A stretch of DNA of 64,000 bases from Bacillales bacterium UBA6120 (GCA_002422535.1 DIVY01000003.1:10523-74522), one strand, 5' to 3'. Shown: positions 1 through 10,727, counted from the first letter of the stretch. Notes: a model not told the origin generated them from the letters alone. Numbers and translations: made by a program.

Positions 1-1181
1 CCAACGGCGATGACTGAACGACCAGAATAGTCGACCCGTTTTCCTAATAAGTTTTGCCGGAAGCGGCCTTGCTTACCTTTTAAGGCGCTGCTTAATGATT
101 TTAGTTCGCGACCGCTGCCACCTGAAGATAAAACAGGTTTTCCGCGACGGCCATTATCGATGAGGGCATCGACCGCTTCTTGAAGCATCCGCTTTTCGTT
201 GCGAAGCATCGTGGTCGGAGCTTTAATGTTGATTAAGTTCTTTAAGCGGCGATTTCTAGCGATTAATCGGCGATATAAGTCGTTTAAATCACTCGTAGCA
301 AACCGGCCGCCGTCAAGCTGCAGCATCGGGCGAAGATCGGGTGGGATAACGGGCAACACATCAAGAATCATCCATTCGGGACGATTACCCGATTGTCTAA
401 ATGATTCAATAATTTCGAGGCGCTTCGTTAACTTAGCGCGGCGTTGCGTCGTGCATTCGTGAAGTTCTTGTTGAATGGCCGCCCCTTCGCGCTCTAAATC
501 GACTTCGCGTAATAAACGTTTAATCGATTCCGCCCCTTCGCCGAATTCGGCTCCGGTGTGCTTGCTGATAAAGTCAGTCACCACTTCAAAGTTAATCGGC
601 TCGGCGTGGTTTTCAAGTTTTTCAATATATTCCTGAGCCCGGGCGCCTTCATAAGTTCCTTCTAGCGATTCGGCGAATTCTTTGATGACGGCGACAAAGT
701 CGACACGACCCGTCTTTTCATCAATTACTTGACGGTATTTAAGAATTTTGGATGTGCCGGGATTTAAACAAATGAGGGTTGAGCCAGCAAGATAGACAAT
801 TTCTTCTAATTGCTTGGCGTTAATATCGAGTACCAAGGCAATCCGTGAAGGAATGCCTTTGACATACCAGATATGGGCGCAAGGAGTCGCTAATTCGATA
901 TGCCCCATGCGTTCGCGCCGGGCGTCTTTGGTCATGACTTCGACGCCACATTTTTCGCACACGACACCGACATAACGTTGCTTTTTGTACTTACCACAAT
1001 GGCATTCATAGTCTTTGCTTGGACCAAAAATCTTTTCACAGAAAAGACCTTGCATCTCCGGCTTTTGACTCCGATAGTTAATCGTTTCCGGCTTTAAAAC
1101 TTCACCATAAGACCAACTTCTTATAACTTCTGGTGAGGCTAAGCCAACGCGGATTTTGGAAATTCTATTGATATCAAACAT
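1..1181 (-). CDS. rpoC: DNA-directed RNA polymerase subunit beta' (N-terminal ~393 aa; gene continues beyond the window start)
   Basis: Hand translation of the minus strand from the ATG at complement 1179-1181 gives [82 protein letters not shown]. This is the canonical RpoC N-terminus with its Zn finger. The SD AAAGGGGG lies upstream, and the gene starts 17 nt after the rpoB stop. It is absent from the ORF track because it runs off the window edge. Confidence 0.9.
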   Translation of the reverse strand, partial: MFDINRISKIRVGLASPEVIRSWSYGEVLKPETINYRSQKPEMQGLFCEKIFGPSKDYECHCGKYKKQRYVGVVCEKCGVEVMTKDARRERMGHIELATPCAHIWYVKGIPSRIALVLDINAKQLEEIVYLAGSTLICLNPGTSKILKYRQVIDEKTGRVDFVAVIKEFAESLEGTYEGARAQEYIEKLENHAEPINFEVVTDFISKHTGAEFGEGAESIKRLLREVDLEREGAAIQQELHECTTQRRAKLTKRLEIIESFRQSGNRPEWMILDVLPVIPPDLRPMLQLDGGRFATSDLNDLYRRLIARNRRLKNLINIKAPTTMLRNEKRMLQEAVDALIDNGRRGKPVLSSGGSGRELKSLSSALKGKQGRFRQNLLGKRVDYSGRSVIAV

Positions 1182-1198
1182 AATTATTGCCGCCCCCT

Positions 1199-4100
1199 TT
1201 ACTCTAAGTAGCTTTCATCGACAACAGGAATTTCAGCAATATCGACGACGCTTTCGCTCGTCATTGCTCGAATCGAAGAGTTGATTTTCCGCTCTTCGGC
1301 TAAAGCTTCTTTCGCTAATGCCTCCATGTCGAGTTCTTGATCGGCTTGATCGTAAAGTCGCACATCGATCGCGAGCGATTGTAGTTCTTTTGTCAAAACC
1401 TTAAATGATTCGGGAATGCCTGGGCGTGGAATTTCACGACCCTTAATAATGGCCTCATAGGTTTTACGACGGCCAACGCGATCATCGGACTTAATCGTTA
1501 ATATTTCTTGTAATGTGTTAGCGGCGCCGTAAGCTTCAAGGGCCCAAACTTCCATTTCACCGAACCGTTGACCACCATTTTGCGCTTTGCCACCAAGTGG
1601 TTGCTGGGTCACGAGTGAATAAGGACCAGTAGCCCGAGCATGGAGTTTATCATCGACCATGTGCACGAGTTTAATCATATACATGACGCCGACAGAAATT
1701 CGTTCATCGAATGGTTCGCCCGTTCGTCCATCGTAGAGGATTGATTTACCATCTTCCGGAACGTTAGCTTCTTTCATAAGTGCGAATATTTCTTCGTTAG
1801 AAATACCATCAAATACCGGCGTAGCAATCTTGAGACCAAGACGTTTAGCCGCTAAACCTAAGTGGATTTCTAAAATTTGACCGATGTTCATCCGGCTGGG
1901 AACACCAAGGGGATTCAACATGATGTCGACTGGGGTCCCATCTGGTAAGAATGGCATATCTTCAACCGGAAGAATGCGCGAAATAACACCTTTATTACCA
2001 TGACGTCCCGACATCTTATCGCCTTCGCTAATCTTGCGTTTCTGGACGATATAGACGCGCACGACTTCGTTAACTCCAGGTGGCAATTCATCACCTTTTT
2101 TACGGGAGAACACCTTGACATCGAGGACGATGCCCGCGCCACCATGGGGGACGCGCAGCGAGGAATCCTTGCCCTCTTTGGTCTTTTCTGAAAAAATGGC
2201 GCGTAATAGTTTTTCTTCGGCGGTTGGTTCAGTTTGTCCTTTGGGCGTAACTTTGCCGACGAGAATATCGTTTTCTTTCACTTCAGCGCCAGGAACGATA
2301 ATGCCGCGTTCATCGAGGAATGCTTTTGATTCTTCGTTGACGTTAGGAATATCGCGGGTAATTTCTTCATTGCCGAGTTTAGTCGCTCGGCATTCAAGTG
2401 AATGTTCTTCAATATGAATCGATGTATAGACATCTTCTTTTACAAGACGTTCGGACATGATTACAGCGTCTTCGTAGTTATATCCATTCCAAGTCATAAA
2501 GGCGATGGTGACATTTTGTCCTAACGCCAATTCACCATTATCCATCGCGGGACCATCGGCGATAATCGTGCCGGCGGTGATGGAGTCGCCCGCTTTAACG
2601 ATGGCTACTTGGTTGATGCAAGTGCCTTGGTTCGAGCGATTAAACTTTTGAAGACGATATGTATGGATTTGGTCTCCCTCGTCAATTACGATTTTGCGGG
2701 AATCGACATAAGTAATTAAACCCGACTTTCTGGCGACGACCGCCAAACCCGAATCGCGAGCGATTGTCGCCTCAATGCCGGTACCCACGAAGGGAGCTGC
2801 GGGCCGTAGTAAAGGTAAGGCTTGCCGTTGCATGTTGGCGCCCATTAAGGCCCGCGTGGTATCGTCATTCTCTAGGAATGGGATACAAGCGGACGCCACG
2901 GACACGACTTGTTTGGGTGAGACGTCGATAAAATCAATGTCGTGAACAGACGCTTTGATGGTATCGCCATCAAACCGCGCGATTACGAATTCATCAAGCA
3001 AATTACCTTCGCTATCGATGCTATCGGTCGCTTGGGCAATGATATATTGCCGTTCTTGTTCAGCCGATAGATAAACTGTTTCGTCAAGGACACGCCCTTT
3101 TTCTTTATCCATGCGCCGATAAGGCGTTTCAATAAACCCATAAGAATTCACTTTGGCATAGGTTGCCAAATTGGTAATCAGTCCAATGTTTTGTCCTTCT
3201 GGCGTTTCAATGGGACAAATTCGACCATAGTGAGAATAGTGAACGTCACGCACATCGAAACTGGCGCGGTCACGTTTAATACCACCGCTTCCAAGCGCCG
3301 AAATACGCCGTTTATTCGTCAATTCGGCAAGGGGGTTGGTTTGGTCCATAAATTGTGATAATGGATCGGTTGAGAAGAATTCTTTAATTTGCGATGTCAA
3401 TGGTTTGATGTTGACCAAACTTTGAGGCGTCACGTTGCTAATATCGGAAATCGACATTTTTTCGCGAATCGATTTGCCCATTTTGGAAAGACCGACGCGG
3501 AAACGATTTTGAATTAGTTCGCCCACGCTATGAATACGACGATTGCCTAAATGGTCGATATCGTCTTTTTGACCAAATCCATCCATGAGATTCATGAAAC
3601 TTGAGAAAGTGGCGACCATATCGGGAATCGTCACGATGCTTTCAGTTAAATTAAGGTCGGTACCAACAATTGGCGAAATAAGTTCTTTTTTCTCGTTATT
3701 GTAAACGCGAACGACATTGACCTTATCATGCGAATTGAGACGGCCAAAGACGGGAAGCGTTACTTCATGAGCGCCGGATTCAAAGAAGCGCTCTTGCTTA
3801 AGACCTTCAATGATTTCTTTCGTCATTAAAGTTCCCTTTTTGAAACGGATTTTTTTCTTGGTGTCGATTAAATCTTCGGCCAAAATCATGCCGGTAAGAC
3901 GTCCATAAATACCGAGTTTTTTTGCATATTTGTATCGTCCAGCGACGCCGAGGTTATACCGTTTGGGGTCGAAGAACTTTTGAAACACGAAATTGACGAT
4001 GCCTTCGGGAGTCCGCGGTTCGCCCGGTTTCATTTTGCTGAAAATTTGCACCAGACCATCAGTAATTGACTTCGTATCGCCATCTTTTTCGAGGGTGTTA

Positions 4101-4756
4101 CGGAGCGCTTCCCGATCTCCAAATAAATCGAGAATTAATTGGGGATCTTCTAAACCAATCGCCTTTAAGAAAATCGTGGCATACATTTTCCGTTGCCGAT
4201 CAATCCGCACGGTTAATACATCTTTAACATCGCTTTCAAATTCAAGCCACGTTCCTCTCATTGGAATGAGGTCAGCTTTATAAAGCAATTTACCGGTTTT
4301 ATCCATTGTTTCCGATAGATAGGCGCCAGGAGAACGACGGATTTGTGAAACGATGACCTTTTCAACGCCATTTATAATAAAAGTGCCGCTGTCAGTCATC
4401 ATTGGAAAATCACCAAGGAAGACTTCGGCATCATTAATAACGGAAGTTTCTTTGAAAATCAATCTTAACGTCACACGTAAAGGAGCGCTATAAGTGGTAT
4501 CGCGTTCTTTGCATTCTAAATATTGATAACTTGGTTCGTCGAAACGAAAATTTAAATACCGTAGCTCGAGGTTACCAGCGTAGTTGATGATGGGAAACAC
4601 ATCTTTCAACGCTTCGTCAAGTCCCTCTTCAAGTAGCCACCGATATGATTCGGTTTGCACTTCGACAAGATTAGGAAGCGGTAATGATCCGCTAATTTTA
4701 CTATAGTCGCGGCGACCGGTACTCATCATCTTAAATTGTTTGATTTGTTTTGCCAT
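1199..4756 (-). CDS. rpoB: DNA-directed RNA polymerase subunit beta
   Basis: 1185-aa ORF beginning [38 protein letters not shown], a typical RpoB N-terminus with conserved motifs throughout. SD AAAGGAG sits 7 nt before the ATG at 4756. Confidence 0.97.
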   Translation of the reverse strand: MAKQIKQFKMMSTGRRDYSKISGSLPLPNLVEVQTESYRWLLEEGLDEALKDVFPIINYAGNLELRYLNFRFDEPSYQYLECKERDTTYSAPLRVTLRLIFKETSVINDAEVFLGDFPMMTDSGTFIINGVEKVIVSQIRRSPGAYLSETMDKTGKLLYKADLIPMRGTWLEFESDVKDVLTVRIDRQRKMYATIFLKAIGLEDPQLILDLFGDREALRNTLEKDGDTKSITDGLVQIFSKMKPGEPRTPEGIVNFVFQKFFDPKRYNLGVAGRYKYAKKLGIYGRLTGMILAEDLIDTKKKIRFKKGTLMTKEIIEGLKQERFFESGAHEVTLPVFGRLNSHDKVNVVRVYNNEKKELISPIVGTDLNLTESIVTIPDMVATFSSFMNLMDGFGQKDDIDHLGNRRIHSVGELIQNRFRVGLSKMGKSIREKMSISDISNVTPQSLVNIKPLTSQIKEFFSTDPLSQFMDQTNPLAELTNKRRISALGSGGIKRDRASFDVRDVHYSHYGRICPIETPEGQNIGLITNLATYAKVNSYGFIETPYRRMDKEKGRVLDETVYLSAEQERQYIIAQATDSIDSEGNLLDEFVIARFDGDTIKASVHDIDFIDVSPKQVVSVASACIPFLENDDTTRALMGANMQRQALPLLRPAAPFVGTGIEATIARDSGLAVVARKSGLITYVDSRKIVIDEGDQIHTYRLQKFNRSNQGTCINQVAIVKAGDSITAGTIIADGPAMDNGELALGQNVTIAFMTWNGYNYEDAVIMSERLVKEDVYTSIHIEEHSLECRATKLGNEEITRDIPNVNEESKAFLDERGIIVPGAEVKENDILVGKVTPKGQTEPTAEEKLLRAIFSEKTKEGKDSSLRVPHGGAGIVLDVKVFSRKKGDELPPGVNEVVRVYIVQKRKISEGDKMSGRHGNKGVISRILPVEDMPFLPDGTPVDIMLNPLGVPSRMNIGQILEIHLGLAAKRLGLKIATPVFDGISNEEIFALMKEANVPEDGKSILYDGRTGEPFDERISVGVMYMIKLVHMVDDKLHARATGPYSLVTQQPLGGKAQNGGQRFGEMEVWALEAYGAANTLQEILTIKSDDRVGRRKTYEAIIKGREIPRPGIPESFKVLTKELQSLAIDVRLYDQADQELDMEALAKEALAEERKINSSIRAMTSESVVDIAEIPVVDESYLE

Positions 4757-4783
4757 AGCAACGCTCCTTTGTGTTCTGGAATA

Positions 4784-5380
4784 TTAGTCATACGCTTCGT
4801 AAACGTGGTAACCATGGTCACGCTTAATGCGTGTCACATGGTTGTAAATTGTTTTTAGATAACTTGCGGTCGAATCGGCTCCTTGGGCTTTCCGAATGAC
4901 TAGATACAATCGGCCCCCTAGATTAAGATGCTCTTTGGCTTCTTGGAAGAGGCGGTAGATTGTGGCCTTCCCCGTTCTAATCGGGGGATTGGTGACAATC
5001 GTATCGAACTTCTCGGTCACGGAAGCAAATCCATCGCTTACGCGAGCGCCTACGCGCGAAGTCAACTTGGCGACTTTGATATTATTTTCGGCTAAAGCGA
5101 CCGCACGTTCATTGATATCGACAAGTATTGCCTGTAGTTGATTATTTTGGGTGGCCAAGACGATACCGATGGGACCATACCCGCACCCAAGGTCAAGCAA
5201 GCGTTTTCCAAGGGGAAGGGATACTAGTGTCTCCAATAAAATTTGGCTGCCCGCGTCGATATATCGGGAAGAAAAAACTCCGACATCCGTGTGGAAGGTA
5301 TAAGCGTGTCCAGCGATTTCAAACGTCAGAACACGTGGTTTGCTGGTCAATCTTTCGTCATTTTCGAAGTAATGAGCCAG
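4784..5380 (-). CDS. ybxB: Class I SAM-dependent rRNA methyltransferase (YbxB/RsmC-like)
   Basis: Carries the methyltransferase motifs LDLGCGYGPIG and VTNPPI. It sits between rplL and rpoB, as ybxB does in Bacillus. The ORF track starts it at a TTG at 5407, but a strong SD (GGGAGGTG) lies inside that extension, and the only in-frame codon at proper spacing (7 nt) is CTG at 5380 (giving MAHYFEND.., which aligns with YbxB N-termini). The start is therefore uncertain; the ORF-track extent is 4784..5407. Confidence 0.8.
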   Translation of the reverse strand: MAHYFENDERLTSKPRVLTFEIAGHAYTFHTDVGVFSSRYIDAGSQILLETLVSLPLGKRLLDLGCGYGPIGIVLATQNNQLQAILVDINERAVALAENNIKVAKLTSRVGARVSDGFASVTEKFDTIVTNPPIRTGKATIYRLFQEAKEHLNLGGRLYLVIRKAQGADSTASYLKTIYNHVTRIKRDHGYHVYEAYD

Positions 5381-5453
5381 AAAAACGCACCTCCCTAAAA
5401 AGCCCAAAAACCCGCCTTACGACAGGTTTTGGACAATAATCATTTAAGCTTGG

Positions 5454-5837
5454 TTATTTAATCTCAACTTCGGCACCGGCGGTGACAAGAGCTTTCTTGT
5501 GTTCTTCAGCTTCGACGGGTGAAATCTTTTCTTTGATAGCAACGGGAGCGCCATCAACTAATTTCTTAGCATCCATCAAACCGAGACCGGTGATTGCTTG
5601 CACCGCTTTGATAACGGCGACTTTGGATGAGCCGACCGCTTTTAGGAATAAGCTGACATCGACTGGGCCCTTCGGGGCGCTTTCTTCTTCTTCAACAGCA
5701 GGACCGGCAGCGGCAGCGACCGGGGCGGCCGCGGTGACACCGAATTCGGTTTCCACAGCCTTGACTAAATCATTGAGTTCGAGAAGTGTCATCTCTTTCA
5801 ATGATGCGATGATTTCGGCGATTGTTAATTTTGCCAT
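5454..5837 (-). CDS. rplL: 50S ribosomal protein L7/L12
   Basis: 127 aa beginning [34 protein letters not shown], followed by an Ala/Glu-rich hinge and a C-terminal domain. Canonical L7/L12. Confidence 0.95.
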   Translation of the reverse strand: MAKLTIAEIIASLKEMTLLELNDLVKAVETEFGVTAAAPVAAAAGPAVEEEESAPKGPVDVSLFLKAVGSSKVAVIKAVQAITGLGLMDAKKLVDGAPVAIKEKISPVEAEEHKKALVTAGAEVEIK

Positions 5838-5849
5838 GTTATGTTCCTC

Positions 5850-6353
5850 CTAATTGGCAGTTGTTGATTGATTTTGTTCGCTGATGGCCTGAATGGTCGC
5901 CGCGAATTGACGAATTGGCGATTGAATACAAGACAATAGCATCGAGATGAGTCCGAGTTTGCCTGGCAATGAGCTGACGGCTTTTAATTCCGCGGAATTT
6001 AGAACGCGGGATTCAATGACGCCGGCCTTGACTTGCAATTTACCGCTTTTGCGAGCGAATTTGAACAGAACTTTCGCGCCTTCGATAGCATCGGGGCAAA
6101 AGACAACGGCATTTGGACCCGTCAAATGCTCTTCAAATCCTTGATAAGCGAGCTTTTCGCCAGCACGGGCTACCATCGAATTTTTATAGATGGCCATTTT
6201 TGCGTTCATGCCGCGTAAAAGGCGTCGCAAATCGCTTATTTCAGCGACATCCATGCCACGATATTCGACGACGATTAACGCCGAAGTATCCTTAGCAAGA
6301 GCGATGATTTCGTCGACAACGGCTTCTTTTTGTTTCAAGATAGCTTGTTTCAC
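5850..6353 (-). CDS. rplJ: 50S ribosomal protein L10
   Basis: 167-aa L10 homolog. GTG start at 6353 with SD AGGAGGTG 6 nt upstream. Lies directly upstream of rplL. Confidence 0.93.
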   Translation of the reverse strand: MKQAILKQKEAVVDEIIALAKDTSALIVVEYRGMDVAEISDLRRLLRGMNAKMAIYKNSMVARAGEKLAYQGFEEHLTGPNAVVFCPDAIEGAKVLFKFARKSGKLQVKAGVIESRVLNSAELKAVSSLPGKLGLISMLLSCIQSPIRQFAATIQAISEQNQSTTAN

Positions 6354-6507
6354 TATTTACACCTCCTGTTTTAATTTTTATTGAGGCTTCAATATCCAAT
6401 GAGTAATGTCACGATGACTTACTGATAGATTGATCCATTACCTCGGCAACATGATTAAGCTTGCGCCGTTGCTGTCTTTGGTCTATTGATGCGATCAAAC
6501 GATTTTT
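6354..6507 (-). promoter_or_regulatory. rplJ 5' leader (candidate L10-leader autoregulatory element)
   Basis: A 154-nt untranslated spacer lies between the rplA stop and the rplJ start. This is the position of the L10(L12)4-binding leader in Bacillota. I could not verify the structure by eye. Confidence 0.3.
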
Positions 6508-7191
6508 TTAGCGACCAGCGAAAGTAATTTTGATGGCCGGACCCATGGTCGTATGAATGACGGCATTACGAATAAATGAACCTTTGACGGTCGAAGGACG
6601 GGCCTTGACGATGGTGTCCGTTAAAGCGACAAGATTGTCGATAAGTTTATTATCTTCAAAACTAACGCGGCCGATAGAAACATGAATGTTGCCTTCTTTG
6701 TCAAGCCGATATTCGACTTTACCCGCCTTGATTTCTTGAATGGCTTTGGCGATATCAACAGCGACAGTGCCGGTTTTTGGATTTGGCATCAAGCCTTTAG
6801 GACCTAATACACGACCCAATTTACCAATTTCGCCCATCATTTCGGGAGTGGCAACGATAACATCGAAGTCAAACCAGTTTTCTTTTTGAATCTTTTCGAG
6901 CAATTCCTTGCCACCGACAAAGTCGGCGCCAGCGGCTTTAGCTTCTTCAACTTTCGAGGTAATGGCGACAATTCGTTTGGTTTTGCCGTTTCCATGAGGA
7001 AGCACCATCGTGCCCCGAATTTGCTGATCGGCCTTCTTAGGGTCGACATTTAAATTTAAAGAAATGTCAACAGTGGCGTCAAATTTTGTGGTATTCGTTT
7101 GTTTGACAAGCGGGATTGCTTCTTCGAATGTGTATAATTTCGTCTTATCGATCAGCGTGATAACTGAACGATATTTTTTTCCATGTTTCAT
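6508..7191 (-). CDS. rplA: 50S ribosomal protein L1
   Basis: 227 aa beginning [31 protein letters not shown]. Canonical L1. Confidence 0.95.
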   Translation of the reverse strand: MKHGKKYRSVITLIDKTKLYTFEEAIPLVKQTNTTKFDATVDISLNLNVDPKKADQQIRGTMVLPHGNGKTKRIVAITSKVEEAKAAGADFVGGKELLEKIQKENWFDFDVIVATPEMMGEIGKLGRVLGPKGLMPNPKTGTVAVDIAKAIQEIKAGKVEYRLDKEGNIHVSIGRVSFEDNKLIDNLVALTDTIVKARPSTVKGSFIRNAVIHTTMGPAIKITFAGR

Positions 7192-7242
7192 GATTGGAAT
7201 TCCTTTCTGGTGGTAATAACGGGTGATAGCCCTTCCACGCGA

Positions 7243-7656
7243 CTAGTCATCAACCTTGATCCCCATGCCACGGGCGGAACCTTCGATGATTTTCATCGCC
7301 GATTCAAGATCATAGCAATTGAGGTCGACCATTTTGTACTCAGCGATTTTTTTCAAATCGGCACGCGAAATAGAGCCAACTTTCGTCGTTTTCGCATTGC
7401 TTGAGCCCTTTTCAACCCCAGCCGCTTTTCTTAATAGTCCGGCGACAGGAGCGGTTTTAATCACATAATCGAACGATTTGTCTTCATAAGCCGTAATAAT
7501 AACGGGGACAACTTCGCCGCGACGGTCAGCCGTTTTAGCGTTGAAGTCGGTGCAAAATTTTGGCATAACGATACCCGCAGATGCGAGTTTTGGGCCTGGT
7601 TTGGCTTCGCCACCAGGTAGTTCCATTTTTAATACTTTAGCGATTCTTTTACTCAC
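7243..7656 (-). CDS. rplK: 50S ribosomal protein L11
   Basis: L11 homolog (..PGPKLASAGIVMPKFCTDFNAKT..). The true start is the GTG at 7656 (VSKRIAKVLKMELPGG), 6 nt after SD AGGAGGTG. The ORF-track start at 7665 lies inside the SD. Confidence 0.92.
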   Translation of the reverse strand: MSKRIAKVLKMELPGGEAKPGPKLASAGIVMPKFCTDFNAKTADRRGEVVPVIITAYEDKSFDYVIKTAPVAGLLRKAAGVEKGSSNAKTTKVGSISRADLKKIAEYKMVDLNCYDLESAMKIIEGSARGMGIKVDD

Positions 7657-7760
7657 GCGACACACCTCCTAGTTTTGTGTATAGTCCGTGCTGTGGTCAA
7701 TGGACGAATCACGCCCTTCCACGCCTTGCTTCGGTTTGTAAGCAAACCTATGCGTTTAGT

Positions 7761-7788
7761 ATTATACTATGTAAAATAGATATAGCAA
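7761..7788 (-). promoter_or_regulatory. sigma-A-type promoter for rplK-rplA (-35 TTGCTA, 16 nt, -10 TATAAT)
   Basis: Reading the minus strand: TTGCTA-tatctattttacatag-TATAAT, about 100 nt upstream of the rplK start. It lies downstream of the nusG terminator, so rplK-rplA forms its own transcription unit, as in B. subtilis. Confidence 0.5.
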
Positions 7789-7838
7789 GAAATTTATTTA
7801 TAAATCATCTAATTAGGCCTTGAATATTCAGAAGCAGA

Positions 7839-7868
7839 TTAGACATTTAAGATATTAAGTAATATAAT
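7839..7868 (+). promoter_or_regulatory. sigma-A-type promoter for ktrB (-35 TTAGAC, 18 nt, -10 TATAAT)
   Basis: TTAGAC at 7839-7844 and TATAAT at 7863-7868, about 35 nt upstream of the ktrB start. The SD GAGGAA sits 6 nt before the TTG start at 7902. Confidence 0.5.
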
Positions 7869-7901
7869 CTTTTCATAATTCCAAAGAATGAGGAATTTCT
7901 T

Positions 7902-9245
7902 TTGTTTACCAAACTTAAAATATCACCCTATCTTCTCGTCTTTATCAGCTTTGTGATTTTGATATTTATCGGCACTTTCCTTTTCATGCTTCCCTTTGCC
8001 CACCGCGATATGCAATGGGGTAACTTTGTCAATTCTCTGTTTGTTTCAGCATCTGCCGTTTGTGTGACGGGATTATCACCTTACACCGCCGTTATCGATG
8101 AATTAACGCTATTTGGACAAATTATATTATTGATTCTTATCGCGATAGGTGGTCTTGGCTTTATTACTGTATTCACTTTCTTTGTTACTCTTTCCGGCCG
8201 TCGTATTGGCATCATTGATCGTTTCATTATTAAGGAAGCATTAAGCCTGTCATCAATGAAAGGCGTTATTAATTTTGTCAGAAAAGTAATTTTTATCACG
8301 CTGATAATCGAAGGGATTGGAATTATCCCTTACGCATTTGTTTTAATTCCTCGCTATGGTATTGCCGAAGGTTTGTTTCAATCGCTTTTTCTATCGGTAT
8401 CCGCTTTCAATAATGCTGGTTTTGATCTGCTCGGCAGTACGAGCATGCAAGCATATTCTTCGAACGTTATTGTCAATGTCACCACGATGTTATTAATCGT
8501 TTCTGGCGGTTTAGGTTTTCTTGTATGGTTTGATATTTTGTCAAAAAGGTCGATTAGGAATTGGTCTGCCTATACCAAAGTGGTTTTGACTATGACGGCA
8601 ATTTTAATTCCATTTGGTGCGATTGCTCTTTTGGCCACCGAATGGTCGCAGACTAGTGGCCTCACCATCATGCAGGCGTTATTCCATAGCATTTCCGCGC
8701 GTACCGCGGGATTTTCCACCATCGACATGAATACCATATCTCTAGCCGGTCGCTTGTTTTTAATGATTTTGATGTTCATTGGCGCCAATCCTATCTCCAC
8801 TGGTGGTGGTGTTAAAACTACAACGATATTCATTATCGTGCTTGCAATTATTTCATTCATTCGCGGTAAAAAAGTCCATGCGTTTAAGCGTTCTTTTTCT
8901 GATTCAACCGTCATAAAAGCCATGGCTTTAACTTTTATCGCCGGAGTATTAGTGTTTATGTCCATCATCATCATTGAGCGTTTGGAGTCGGGAAACCCAA
9001 ATTACACACCCGGCCAATTTGATGCGAGCGCCTTCATGTTTGAAGCCTTCTCAGCGTTTGGCACAGTTGGTTTATCGCAAGGAGTCACCCCGTTTTTGAC
9101 TGATGGTAGTAAAATAATACTGGCGATGTTAATGTTGCTTGGTCGTACCGGTCCAATGACGATGTTTGCTATCGTTTCTGAATCGATGAATAAAGCCGAT
9201 AAAATGCACTTCAAGTACATTGAAGCAACGATACCGATAGGTTAA
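7902..9245 (+). CDS. ktrB: TrkH/KtrB-family potassium uptake membrane subunit
   Basis: 447-aa polytopic membrane protein with the repeated pore-loop architecture of TrkH/KtrB cation transporters. TTG start. It is followed 11 nt later by a KtrA-like gene. Confidence 0.85.
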   Translation: MFTKLKISPYLLVFISFVILIFIGTFLFMLPFAHRDMQWGNFVNSLFVSASAVCVTGLSPYTAVIDELTLFGQIILLILIAIGGLGFITVFTFFVTLSGRRIGIIDRFIIKEALSLSSMKGVINFVRKVIFITLIIEGIGIIPYAFVLIPRYGIAEGLFQSLFLSVSAFNNAGFDLLGSTSMQAYSSNVIVNVTTMLLIVSGGLGFLVWFDILSKRSIRNWSAYTKVVLTMTAILIPFGAIALLATEWSQTSGLTIMQALFHSISARTAGFSTIDMNTISLAGRLFLMILMFIGANPISTGGGVKTTTIFIIVLAIISFIRGKKVHAFKRSFSDSTVIKAMALTFIAGVLVFMSIIIIERLESGNPNYTPGQFDASAFMFEAFSAFGTVGLSQGVTPFLTDGSKIILAMLMLLGRTGPMTMFAIVSESMNKADKMHFKYIEATIPIG

Positions 9246-9256
9246 GGAGAATTATT

Positions 9257-9922
9257 ATGAGTAAAAAATCATTTGCCGTCATTGGTTTGGGCCAATTTGG
9301 CCTCGCCATCGTCAATGAACTTGCAACGATTGGTGCCGATGTTATCGCTATCGACCGCGACGAGGAAAGCGTCCGCAAAGCTGCTTTGCATGTACCAACA
9401 GCATTTATTGCCGACGCCACCAGTGAGCAGGCACTGCGCGAACTCGATGTCCACCATGTCACTCATGCGATTGTCGCCTATGGCGATAATATTCAAGCAT
9501 CCATTTTAACGACGGTTATTTTGTCAAACATGAATATTCCTCATATCGTCGTTCGCGTGGATGATGACTACTATGTCCCAATTATCAAAAAACTTGGAGC
9601 AACTGAAATCATCATGCCTCAACGCCTTGCCGGAACCGGACTTGCCAATCGATTGGATGATGAAGATTTTCTCGATTATTATTCGCTTAGCGATAATTTT
9701 TCGGTCGTGAAAATTACGGCTGGACCTAAATTTATTCCCCAATCGATCGTCGCCATTGACCCTCGAAACAAATATGATGTCAACCTCATTTTATTAACGA
9801 AGAAAAAAGTGACCTCCATACCACGAGCGTCCGATATGATTGATCCTGGCGATAACGTCTTTGTCGTGGGAAAACGGCGCGAATTGCGCGCATTCGGAGA
9901 TTTCCTCCAAGGCGACGAATAA
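9257..9922 (+). CDS. ktrA: KtrA/TrkA-family K+ uptake regulatory subunit (RCK N- and C-terminal domains)
   Basis: 221 aa. The N-terminal Rossmann motif AVIGLGQFGLAIVNEL is of TrkA-N type, and the C-terminal segment is a TrkA-C domain. The size fits KtrA (about 220 aa) rather than TrkA (about 458 aa). Confidence 0.85.
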   Translation: MSKKSFAVIGLGQFGLAIVNELATIGADVIAIDRDEESVRKAALHVPTAFIADATSEQALRELDVHHVTHAIVAYGDNIQASILTTVILSNMNIPHIVVRVDDDYYVPIIKKLGATEIIMPQRLAGTGLANRLDDEDFLDYYSLSDNFSVVKITAGPKFIPQSIVAIDPRNKYDVNLILLTKKKVTSIPRASDMIDPGDNVFVVGKRRELRAFGDFLQGDE

Positions 9923-9950
9923 AAAATAGGCCGGTTGTCCGGCCTATTTT
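9921..9950. terminator. Bidirectional rho-independent terminator shared by ktrA (+) and nusG (-)
   Basis: AAAAAA-TAGGCCGG-TTGT-CCGGCCTA-TTTT forms a perfect 8-bp GC-rich stem flanked by an A-run and a T-run. It sits exactly between the ktrA stop (9922) and the nusG stop (9952). Confidence 0.8.
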
Positions 9951-9951
9951 A

Positions 9952-10509
9952 CTAGATTTTCTCGATTTCTCCGAAGTCGACTTCCACTGAGGTCGAGCGA
10001 CCAAAGAAGATGGTTTCCACCTTGATGATGCCGCGTTCTTTATCGATGCCTTGGATAATACCATCAGTACCTTCAAGAGGACCATGAATAACTTTAACGG
10101 GATCACCGATGTTATAACGGTCATACATCCCTTGATCAACCATGCCCATCCGTTTAAGAATTGGTTCCATTTGTTCGGGTGGAACAGGAATTGGCTTAGT
10201 GCCACCACCTGATGATCCAACGAATCCTGTCACCCCCGGTGTGTTACGAACCATGTACCACGATTCATCGGTCATGATCATTTCAATGAATACATAACCA
10301 GGGTAGAGATTTTTCATTCTTACTTTGCCGGTCGGAGTGCCATCTTTGAACACCGGTTCTTCTTGTTCAACCACTAATATGCGCGACACGAATTCTTGCA
10401 ACATCATCGATTCAATACGACGTTTCAAGTTTTCGGCCACTTTATTTTCGTGGCTAGAATAGGTGCTAACAATGTACCATTGCTTTTCTACTAATGCTTT
10501 ATTTTCCAT
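9952..10509 (-). CDS. nusG: Transcription termination/antitermination factor NusG
   Basis: 185 aa with an NGN domain (WYIVSTYSSHENKV) and a KOW domain (GDPVKVIHGPLEGTDGII). Confidence 0.95.
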   Translation of the reverse strand: MENKALVEKQWYIVSTYSSHENKVAENLKRRIESMMLQEFVSRILVVEQEEPVFKDGTPTGKVRMKNLYPGYVFIEMIMTDESWYMVRNTPGVTGFVGSSGGGTKPIPVPPEQMEPILKRMGMVDQGMYDRYNIGDPVKVIHGPLEGTDGIIQGIDKERGIIKVETIFFGRSTSVEVDFGEIEKI

Positions 10510-10518
10510 AAGGTCCCC

Positions 10519-10716
10519 TTACCGTAAAGACTCAAACGCGTTTCGCAATTGTTTTAATAATTCGCCCACGAGTAAATCTTCAAGGCTTAGTACCATGGCT
10601 GCAAAAACAGCGATGGAAACCACGACGATAATTGAAGGTACCAGCACTTCACGCTTCGGCCACCGGACACGACGGCTTTCTTTTAGAACTTCTTGTGAAT
10701 ACTTTTTGATGTTCAT
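10519..10716 (-). CDS. secE: Preprotein translocase subunit SecE
   Basis: 65 aa beginning MNIKKYSQEVLKESRRVRWP, followed by a single TM helix. Sits directly upstream of nusG. SD AAGGAG. Confidence 0.9.
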   Translation of the reverse strand: MNIKKYSQEVLKESRRVRWPKREVLVPSIIVVVSIAVFAAMVLSLEDLLVGELLKQLRNAFESLR

Positions 10717-10727
10717 ACTGCTACTCC

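Noticed and set aside
1915-2417. ORF-track entries 1915..2145(-), 2000..2191(+), 2115..2417(+) and 3993..4283(+) inside rpoB. Similar internal or antisense ORFs occur inside rpoC (199..462, 900..1097), secY, the r-protein genes, ligA, pcrA and others.
   Set aside because: They are fully embedded in or antisense to long, well-conserved genes. They are Ser/Arg/Pro-rich low-complexity translations typical of alternative frames, and none has an SD. They are spurious.
7790-7901. c-di-AMP (ydaO/kimA) riboswitch in the ktrB leader
   Set aside because: The leader is only about 35 nt from the predicted TSS to the start codon and is AT-rich, with none of the conserved ydaO helices or motifs.
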